Source: Takakia lepidozioides | Lineage: Eukaryota > Plantae > Bryophyta | Length of the DNA stretch: 64,000 nucleotides | Assembly: GCA_030704615.1 (NCBI GenBank) | Contig: CM060732.1 | Location: forward strand, 10,912,001 to 10,976,000 | Direction of reading: 5' to 3' | In this document: positions 49,626-58,755 of the stretch, in pieces | Numbering within the stretch: position 1 is the first letter of the stretch | How the letters are laid out: each line of letters begins with the position of its first letter | The notes under the pieces: generated by a model | The model's input: only the letters and a program-made list of their open reading frames with translations | Databases searched by the model: none | Told to the model about the DNA's origin: nothing | Position numbers and translations under genes: made by a program

Positions 49626-52600
49626 GGCCGCTCTGGCAGTTTAGCCATTTCTCCAAGGGGTTTAGCCACGCCAAGCTAGGGTTTGTGTCTCTTGGACTCT
49701 AGGCTTCTTTCCACCGAGCTATGGTGGCTGTGAGGAAATCAGCAAGGTATCCTTGCTCTTTCGGCTCCCACACACCACCATAGTAGCCCTAAGCCATGAG
49801 GTGGTTGCCACAAACCAAGCCTTCTTTCTCACTTAGCCTCCCCAAACACGCCACTAAACTCAATGGCAAACAACCAAGCCCTGCTGGTTCCCAGCCCTTG
49901 TGCACTCATTCAAGCACTCTCCTTGGCCATAGCATCTGTCTTAGAGCCTATTCCAGCCCCCTACACCTGCTGCTTCAAGAGTTGCGCTCCCTTCAAGCTT
50001 GAAGTTGAAACCCCAACTCACATAGGCCCTACAAGTGCTTTTCTTTCACTCCAAGTGGAAACCAGCCCTAGACCTTCCGTTCTAGCTCTCTAAAGCTTGA
50101 AAACAAGAGCCTCAATGGGCTGAAGGCATGCTCCACACATGCCCCACTCTCACCATAAGAGAATCAGCTCCTTTGCTTCATTTCTTGCACCCACAAACCT
50201 GAAAATACAAGCTTCAGCAGGCTGAAAGCATGCTCCACATGCCCTACAGGGAAACCAGCCCCTTCCTTCCTTTCTTGCACTCCCACACCTGAAAGTGCAA
50301 GCCTTCACCAGGCTGATAGCATGCTCCACACATGCATTGCCCTCACATAAGGGAAGTCAGCCCTTCCCTCTTCCTTGCTTGCCCTCCAAGCTTGAAGATG
50401 GAAGCTTCAATGAGCTGAATACATGCTCCACACATGCAACCTCTTCACACAAGAGATATCAGCCCCCTATCTTGGCTCCTTGGCTCCTTGATGCTCTCTA
50501 AGACAAGACTAAGCACTCCAGCCTTTGCCAAGCTCCTGAAACCCTAAGGCTTACATTTCCAGCCACAAGACACTTCTCTTGTGGTGCAAGAGCTCTTCTT
50601 CCAAGCTCTGAAACCCTAGGTGCACATTCCATGGCCTTGCCGCACCTCTTAGCTCCTGTTCCAGCCCTGCTCTTGCCATGACAAGAGCCCTCTCAATGCT
50701 GAAGCTCGAGATTGAAACCCAATCTCACCATACTCCACAAAGTGCACTGATTTGCCCCAAGCCAAATCAGCCCTTTCGCTTGGTCTTGCAATCCTTCACA
50801 CAATGAAAGCTCGCATTCCCAAGTCCAGTTCTCAGCTTTGCCACCAAAGCCACTATAACCTGCTCTTGACTGGTCCTCTTCCCAATCGTGCTTGCTCATG
50901 CATGTACACAATCTGAAACCATCAAGGTGCTCTGGAATTACCTGCAGCATGGTGCTTTCATCTCTGAAGCTGAAGATCGAATGCCAAGGTCTACCACCTC
51001 GTAACCCACATCGCCTCCGCTTCTAACAACCAAGAGCTCCACGGTGCTCCTTGCATAACAACTTGGTTTCTCTCATTCTCAAGCAAAAACCACAAGTGCT
51101 ACAACTAACTCGTATCTGGCACTCACAGATACGAGCTCATCTTTCTCGAGTGATAAAGAAGAAGAATACAAGCACAAGCTCATGCGAGCTCACAAAGCTG
51201 AAGCATAAACTCATGCATATAACCTCATCACTCAAATACAAGTCAAGCCAAGTGCACCCCACGCCATGGGGAATCCACACTACGGCGCCATAGCTAGGCG
51301 CGGTGAGGCTCAACTCGAGAAAGATGAGCCTCCCGCGCTTGCCGTGAAGATAACCACTCCAGGGCCTAAATCTGCCTTGACCCCTGGATTGACACTTGGG
51401 CCAATCCCAAATGTCAATATGTAAAAGCTAGCTATTTCCTAGCTAGTTTCACACTAGTGGTAAAATAACTTGACACAAGTTTTTGGAGCCTTTGGAAGGC
51501 TATGTGGAGGACCATTTGGGGTCTTTGAAGGCCAATATTTGGCAAGTTTTTGGAGCCTTTGGAAGGCTATTTGGAGGGCTGTTTGGGGTCCTTGGAGGCC
51601 GATATTTGGCGAGCTTGAAGAGTCTTTGGCGACTTGTTGAAGGACTATTTGGGATCCTTGAGGGCCGAGATTTGGCAAGCTCTTGGGGCCTTGGTGTACT
51701 GTTTGGAGTACCATTATGCAAGCTTTGGGAGCCTTAGTGAGATTGTTTGAGGGACATCTTGAGGGCTCTTAGAGAATTATTTTTGAAAATCTTTGAAAGG
51801 TCTTTATCCATTGCTTAAGCAAGAGAGTGTGGAGATAGGGTAGTGGGATGAGAGCATGTTGTGATAGGAATTGCTTTAGTCTCTCTTCACTATCGTCTTC
51901 CACCCTCTCTATAGGCCAAAACCTCTCCGTAGGTGGAGGCAAGAGTCAGTCAGGGTTTGGGCTGGGGTGTCGTGCAGGAGTGATACTGTGGAGTGTTTTT
52001 GGTGTGGGGGAGTTACTGTTTTGATTTTCTTGTGTTTGGATCCCCTCCACACCTATATACTTGACTGTGCGTCATGTCAGTTTTGTATGGGCGCTTGTTT
52101 TCATAGGAGGTTGGTCCGGATTTGATCACCGGTCAATCCTACAGCGTGCTGTCGGTGGTGAGGCTGGGGTGGTGATCAGTCAGACCATCATTGTTCTCTT
52201 ATGATGAGGCTGGGTTGATGACCAGCAGACCATAGGAATGTTTGCGGTGGATGCAGGTGCAAGTACAGGTCTACGTTAGAAACCTATTATTTCTGCTTGA
52301 ACCAGTAGCTGCAACAGGTTCTCTACCCGGTTACCTTGTGGAAAGGGGGATTAGAGACAGGTTTACAACAGGTGTGGTTGTGAGTTTTCATCACGGAGGC
52401 GCCACCAGTTGCTGAGGAGAGTGCCGGTACGAGCACCAACGATTCTAGTGGGTATACAAGACGAGGTGTGTGGTTTAGGCCACCTTCACCTTCAGTGTCT
52501 TCTGAGGAAGGTTCAGACTCGGAGTCAGGAGGATTCTCGCCGAGGGTGCAAGCCATTTCCGTGCCATTGTTGTGGGATACGATGGAAGAAATGTATGGAG

Positions 52601-53105
52601 CTACTAAGGGGCCACGACGGTACTCTGGAGCTGTGGGCACCATCAGTTTGATAGTTGGTGTGATTTGCAGCGGATGCGCAATCCACAACTGTTTACGCCT
52701 TTTATGGCGTTGAAGGGGCTATTTCAGCACCTTGAGGGGCCGCCTATGGATGACTACCATGAGTTTAGGCGGGGAAATGAAGTGGAGATAGAGAAGTGGC
52801 GACAATATTGGTCAGCTGACTATATCTCCATCACTAGAGGCACAAGGGCAGCGGCGACACCAGCAGCTACACCAACATCCCTAACTGCAAGCACTAGTAG
52901 TGGGACAAATAAAGATGGAGCTGGGAAATCCACTCAAGCTCCTCCTGCAGCACCAGCACCTGTGCCTGCCTTTAACCTAGTTCTGGAGTTCTTCGAGGAG
53001 TTGAGGAGAAACTACCAGGGGATAAGGACAGAGAAATTGCGGAGCTTGCAAGAGTTCCAGCGCAAGCCTACTGAGAGTTTGAGGGAGGCTTACACGCGCA
53101 TGAGG

Positions 53106-53840
53106 GGTCAGGGTTCGGGTCTTAATTTTAGATGGGGCATGCGGGGTCCACCTCAGCTTTGGTAGGTTTTGTCATATGTGTGGAGGGGACGAGTAGCAAT
53201 AGGCCACTCCAGCAGCCAACCTCACCACGTTATAGCCCAGTGGTAATGCCCACATGCCACCTCAAAAGCGGTTGTGGGTTCAATCCACGGAGTGATGTCA
53301 CAAAGTTGTGCCCTATGGGACCATAATTTACACCTCCCATAGGAGGCGTCATATATTATTATTAGGCCAGATCCCACACATCCATGCTATAGTGATCTAC
53401 CCTTGAGGCATATTACTATTCTTAACATGTTTAAAGAATTGATATTGAAAAATAGAAAATGGAACTCAAACTTCTATTTTAATTCTTATTCGTGGTATAC
53501 ATATTCATATTCATGGTATATTTTGAAGGAATGTCTCTTAAAATAAAATTCATTATTAGGATTTAAAGTTTTTTCCAGCCAAAAATAATTTTATCCTTAA
53601 TTAATCTTATTTTTCTAATTTATTTAATCAATAAATTAGGACCCGGATCCGAACCCGTGAACCCGCTAATATTTCCCAACAACTACCCGGACCCTAACCC
53701 GAGTCCGTGTTGACAAACCCGGACCCGAGCCCGGACCCGGATTTTCAAAAACCCGGATCCGGACCCGAACTTGGCTCCGAAAAAAAACCCGCACCCGGAC
53801 CCGGCGGGTTCCTTAAAAAGGCAGAACCCGCACAACACTG
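53106..53840. mobile_element. hAT-like MITE, left end deleted
   Basis: The right end ..GAACCCGCACAACACTG reads CAGTGTT inward, with dense ACCCG/CCCGGA subterminal repeats at 53640-53830. An inverted remnant GGGTTCGGGTCTTAATTT lies at ~53111. Confidence 0.55.
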
Positions 53841-54485
53841 GTATCAACCTGGTATCGCATAACCTACCGGGTCACCCTACCCTAATATCACTCCAGGCTC
53901 CACCATGTTGATACTGAGAACCGGCTTGCATTCTTCCTGCGATACCAATATTGAGACATAGATTGGCCCAAAAAAATTGGTGAATCTTGGGTACGGTTTT
54001 CACATTATGAGGGGAGGTGGTGGCTCCCTAGAAGATCAGATTTAGGCCTTTCTACTAATGCTCTAACTTTCTACAACTACAACAACGTATTGGTAAATTT
54101 CTATGAATTCAAATTGTCTCTGTTGGGACAATTTTCTTGCATTTTCTTGCATTCAAGCTTTGTATGGATGTTTTTGTGCGTATACTCAGGTTGTATGTTT
54201 GTGATTTGGCTAGTCATTCTCTATTGTGCGCTGCATGTTTCTGATTTGGCTTGGCTTTCAACTTGTGTATGATGGGTGCAAAAACCATTGATACTAGGGT
54301 TGATATACCCCTGGTATTGCAAAAAATTACCCCAATTATTGATACCACGTAGTACTTATACCAATATTGTATTTGGAAAAACCAGACTCTACAATATTTA
54401 GGTTGATACCCTGGTTCTAATTTCATAACAAAGCAAGACCCGGACCCGACTGGTATAGTAAAAATTCAATACCAGTACAATACTG
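53841..54485. mobile_element. Second hAT-like MITE remnant
   Basis: GGTATC/GATACC/AATACC subterminal repeats; end ..CCAGTACAATACTG at 54485. Confidence 0.4.
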
Positions 54486-54805
54486 GTTGTTATCACGTGA
54501 TCATAAGTTGGAGTAAGCAAAGGAAGCCAGACCACAATCCACGGTTATAGGGGTAATTTGGTTGCCAATAGAAATAAAAGTCATAGACTGACATAGGGTA
54601 GTGCCAGGTCAATAGGGTCAATTACAAGGTCTATGATGAATATGTTTATAATCTTTTTCTTTTTTTAATGGATAAGAAAATTTACTTCGAAGTATTGGAA
54701 GGGAAAAAGTAAAACCCTCAATAGTGCACCATAAAAAAATAAATATGTAATATTCGAGTAATAAATTGATTGGATAAAACTTAAATACTTGGTACTATGC
54801 CTAAA

Positions 54806-54942
54806 TAGCGCCCACCCCCGAAAGGGAGCAGTAGCCGTGAGGCGAGTGGCTCTTAGTTACGCCGACTTCGGCCAGAGTCATCTCTCTATGCCAAGTTTGA
54901 GTGTTGCATGGAGGATGCCCTGGTTATCAGCGTCCCGTATCA
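54806..54942 (-). mobile_element. 137-bp 5'-truncated LINE 3' end with 13-bp TSD
   Basis: TACTATGCCTAAA at 54793-54805 and 54943-54955. The insert contains an ORF end, then TAAGAGCCACT...GGGGTGG as in the LINE at 27124-27178. Confidence 0.75.
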
Positions 54943-54978
54943 TACTATGCCTAAAAAGCAAGAGAAACAAAAAGACTA

Positions 54979-55182
54979 TCGTACTTGCCTATGCTGTCCG
55001 ACATTAAATAATTCATAAACTCTTGTAATGAATTTTCTTTAAATGTCACCAAATCCTGCCGAAATTACACAAAATCTCAAAAAAATCGCCAAAAATCTTG
55101 AATTGTTTTTTAAAATAATCAAATAATTTTAATTTTAAAAAAAATCCGGCAGAGGCTTGACGAACTGCATAGGCAAGTACGG
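54979..55182. mobile_element. Tc1/mariner (pogo-like) MITE, 204 bp
   Basis: TA|TCGTACTTGCCTATGC ... GCATAGGCAAGTACGG|TA. Confidence 0.85.
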
Positions 55183-56219
55183 TAGTTGCATAATGGCTCC
55201 ACCTTTGCAAGTCTATTTACATAATCTGATATCTAAACGAAATTATTGTATACATTACTTGGAAATGATGTTATCATGTAGCTCACTAGGTAGTTTAAGA
55301 ACAATAAATACTGTTTATAATCAGCCCCACATATACATTTTTTGTTCTAGGGTTTCATGAGCATTTGTCCAAATATTATCAAGTTGTGAACCATACTAGA
55401 TAATTATGCACTCTCCACGCAACATCGAATCAGTTTGAGCATACTGCAATGGAATCAAACAAATGCAAGCCCACCGTTATTGTGTAATTATTAATTGGTT
55501 ATAAAGTGATCCCAAACTCTACACACTAATCCACATGGCACCTTTGTATAGTCTCGTGCTCAATGAAACCCAAAATTTGCACCCTTACTGGACAATGTAC
55601 CTCTTGATGACTTGTCAAATGTGCACCAACTTGATCGGATGAACTACATCATGTTTATATATTTCATATGTAAAATGTATGAAATATTTTATCTATACAT
55701 GGCTTGAATCAATACAACTCTCCAGAAACCATTTGCGTAGTCCTACCTTGAGAAGCTAGAGCCAACAAACAACCACCACCAATTCATTCGGGTAATTTAT
55801 ATACATGTAATTATGATTTTAAACAAACAAAATAAGATATAATTGTTGGGTTCAAAAGAATACCGTATAGCAAATATAGCAATCGATAAATCATTTGTGA
55901 ATTTTATAAATAAATTTATTTTATATTTTTATAATAGCAATAAAAGAATAAATTGAAACGACAATTGTGAAGGGATTTGAAGACTCAAGTGATCAACTAA
56001 ATGTGTGGAGTCCGGCGACGAGGTGGGTTAGGCTTAAGAACCGCCCACTTGCAAATGCTTCACTATTTTACAAATGGTCGGCGGCCAATGGGAGATATCT
56101 CCCTCTAACTTTCTACCGGCAAATATCGAGTCCAACTTCTCCACTTGCAGTGCAAGTGTTTATCCTAAACTAGTCATATCTAATTGTCTTCCAAGTCTTT
56201 TTTATTTCGGTTAACACAG

Positions 56220-56586
56220 CTTCACCATGAGTCCATCCTCTCCCGTATGGGGGACCTACTTCCGGAGCTCTATTCAGGGTATTAAGACAAGTCGTTTAGA
56301 TCTAGGTCGCTTTACGTTGTTCGCACTTCCCGAAACAACACATGCGTATCAGAGGCCATCCTTTTACCCCACTATCCCGAGGGGAGAGCAACTCTATCCT
56401 AGCAAGAGAAAATACTCTACACCATATTTCCCCCCTTATTTTTAAGGTTAGAAAGAGAAAGATAAGACTTCGGCCAAAGCCGGCGTAACTAAGAGCCACT
56501 TTGACCTTGTAGCTAGTACCTCCTTTCAGGGGTGGGCCCTATTTTTAAGATATATATATATATATATCTATCTATCTATCTATCTA
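56220..56586 (+). mobile_element. LINE 3' fragment with (TA)n(TCTA)n tail
   Basis: GACTTCGGCCAAAGCCGGCGTAACTAAGAGCCACT...CAGGGGTGGGC at 56466-56538 matches the 54809-54873 motif; a microsatellite tail follows. Left boundary uncertain. Confidence 0.55.
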
Positions 56587-57225
56587 ATTTAATAAAAATA
56601 CAAAAGACCTAAATTCAGAAGAAAAAAATGCATAATGTTGGAAATTTTTCTAGCTATCCAATGAACCGCACTTCATCACCTAGATATACCAGTAGTCCAT
56701 CTATCTTACAAGAAGAGTGAATCGTCGTGTGGAAACCCGTAGGAGGTCTGCCCAAATGGTCGGAAACATCCCCCCTTAAGGCCCTAAATATTTTTTCTCG
56801 ACCCCAAGGTCTTGAGTTCATTCCCTAGGTTTTGGACTGTCGTTTCATCCCTTGGATGAAATATCGCAAGCCTACCAGCCAATATTCACCCATCCAATCC
56901 AAACTACATGCTAAATGGAGGGCCATAGCTCTCGAGGGCTGTTATTCCTTGAGCCTGGAGGCGTGAGCCTGTGAGCCCATGAGGCCAACATAGGCTCACG
57001 CCATGTCAGCATGCCGGAGCGAACATGCAGGGCCTATTACCGCGGGTGGCACCTATTACCGCGGATAGATTAGCCTTTTCCGGGCAATGCAAACTGGATG
57101 TGTTACATCCATTGTATCCATCCTTTCTATCATTCCATCTATTTATACGTTATTAACATACCAAACCCTTGAATGGGAATGTGGCTACGTCGTGAGCACA
57201 GCTTGTGGGCAACCATTCTTGGCAT

Positions 57226-57530
57226 GTGAAGATGCTTCGTGAGGCAGGCAGACTGGAAGAGGCTCTTCAGACTTTGAACCAAAGAGGCATTGCAGCAGAT
57301 CCACATACGTATGTCTGCCTTTTCCTTTAGTGCATCAGGATAAAAGGCCCGGAAGCTAGAAAGCAGGTGCACACTCACATCATCCAAAGCGGATCCCTGC
57401 GAAATGTTTTCTTACTCACCACCCTTGCGAACATGTATGGTAAGTGCGGGAGCATCATGGATGCTCACCAAGTGTTCAGAAGAATGCCTGAACGATCTTT
57501 GATCACGTGGACTTTAATGTTGTTTTTTTG
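57226..57530 (+). pseudogene. PLS-class pentatricopeptide-repeat gene fragment
   Basis: MLREAGRLEEAL...D.HTYVCLFL*C...KQVHTHIIQSG...NVFLLTTLANMYGKCGSIMDAHQVFRRMPERSLITWT.ML, with an in-frame TAG at 57328. Truncated next to the palindrome array. Confidence 0.85.
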
Positions 57531-57712
57531 CAATGCACACAAGCCTGTGAGCTCCGGAAAACACTAAAGAGATTGAAGGAACAATCCGGGCAGTCCATGC
57601 AACCTCCCTCTCCAATAATTTTTTGTTCCCAGGAATTCACATCTATCCCCCTTGAATCATATTGAAATGCATGATGGAAACATGGCTTGAATCATATGGG
57701 AATGCAAGTTGG

Positions 57713-58716
57713 AAACAGTGTGCAGCACCGCACACTATGTTGAGCCCGTCATCAATGTTCTTTTTTTCTTTCAAATGTAGGCACTTAGTACACTCTTCTA
57801 GTCTTCAGTCACACTGAAATGTTTGCAAGGAACAGTGTGCGGCACCGCACACTATTTGTGCCCCTCTTCACTTTCGTTTTTTGCTTCAAAATTGATCTCT
57901 TCTGCACTGAGTTACAGTCCTGAATCACACCAAAATGGAAGCACAAAACAGTGTGTGGCACCGCACACTGTTTGTGCCCCCCTGAAACAATCGTTTTATG
58001 TTTGAATTGTAACCCCCAGGTCCTCTTTTGGAGTTCACTCACCTCTCTGTATCCCCCTTGAATCATATTGAAATTCATCCTCCAGACAGTGTGCGGCACC
58101 GCACATTGTTTGAGCCCCTCTTCAATGTTAATTTTTTGTTTGAAATGTGAGCACTTAGCACATTCTTGCATGCATAACTAACACTTGAATGGCAGCACGA
58201 AACAGTGTGTGACACCGCACACTATTTGTGCCCCCTTGGAACGCTCTCTTTTGGTTGGAAATGTATCCCTTCTGGTGTGTGAAGCAGGCTAGAATCAAAG
58301 CAAAATGGCAGCACGAAACAGTGTGCGGCACCGCACACTGTTTCTGCCCCCCTGGAACTCTCTCTTTTGGTTGGAAGTGTATCCCTTCAGTTGTTTGTAG
58401 CAGGCTTGAATCGGAGCAACATGGAAGCACAAAACAGTGTGCGGCACCGCACACTGTTTGTGACCCCCTAAAACATTCGTATTTTGTGTTTCAATTGTAG
58501 CCCGAAACAGTGAATGCCCCTCTTTGTCTCCTCTGACAGTCACCACTGCATCATGTTGAAATTCAAGATGGACACAGTGTGTGGTACCGCACACTGTTCG
58601 AGCTACTCCACAATGTTCTTTTTATGTTGAGAAAGTAGGCACTCAGCTCATGTTTTCAAAACTTCACTCGTGATGAAATGACAACTTCAAACAGTGTGCG
58701 GCACCGCACACTGTTT
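57713..58716. repeat. Array of nine 28-bp palindromes AAACAGTGTGCGG-CA-CCGCACACTGTTT
   Basis: Starts at 57713, 57830, 57946, 58084, 58200, 58316, 58432, 58572 and 58689 (spacings 117,116,138,116,116,116,140,117). Confidence 0.95.
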
Positions 58717-58755
58717 CAGCCCTCTGTATTTTAGTCACCCAACTCTGTCTGTCAG

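Larger units (their letters stand above)
40678..51475 (-). mobile_element. Complete Ty3/gypsy-type retroelement with split direct repeats (Troyka-like): gag-PR-DNMT-RT-RH-INT-PHD
   Basis: TSD CAAG at 40674-40677 and 51476-51479; termini TGTC...GACA. Repeat B at 51151-51475 and 40864-41190; repeat A at 41193-41380 and 40678-40863. PPT AGGGGGGCGA at 41390-41381. Domain order is gypsy-like. Confidence 0.93.
40526..51720 (+). repeat. 66-bp tandem repeat in the leader of the outer element, split by the inner insertion
   Basis: Unit GAAGGCCAAGTTTTGGCAAGTTTTTGGAGCCTTGGAAGGCTATGTGGAGGACCATTTGGGGTCTTT at 40526, 40592 and 40658, resuming at 51476. A ~23-bp GTGGGAACNGTCAC repeat also lies at 40250-40340. 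Confidence 0.85.
38500..53105 (+). mobile_element. Outer, 3'-truncated Ty3/gypsy-type retroelement related to the inner one (interrupted by 40678-51475)
   Basis: Starts TGTCA at 38500. Its 5' repeat (to TTATCA at ~38855) and long leader are recognisably homologous to the reverse complement of 51475-50000. The gag fragment at 52400-53105 is near-identical in protein to the inner gag (MEEMYGATKGPRRYSGAVG..LEGPPMDDYHEFRRG..EFFEELR..ESLREA.TRMR). It breaks off at ~53105. Confidence 0.85.

Noticed and set aside
49083-49702. His/Ser/Pro/Thr-rich ORFs (198 and 172 aa), and similarly the 22-aa repeat ORFs at 40378-40765
   Set aside because: They are translations of tandem repeats in retroelement leaders.
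40678-51475. DIRS/Ngaro tyrosine-recombinase element (split repeats plus a methylase)
   Set aside because: It encodes a DDE integrase and an aspartic protease and has a 4-bp TSD. The MTase is C5-type rather than Dam-like, and no YR motif was seen.
54809-54873. Self-cleaving ribozyme (GNRA/UUCG-capped hairpins)
   Set aside because: No hammerhead CUGANGA/GAAA core or twister/HDV consensus was found on either strand. It is better explained as a LINE 3' UTR.
57713-58716. CRISPR array (28-bp palindromic repeats at regular spacing)
   Set aside because: Spacers are ~88-112 bp and homologous to each other, there is an inverted mirror array, no cas genes are present and the context is eukaryotic.
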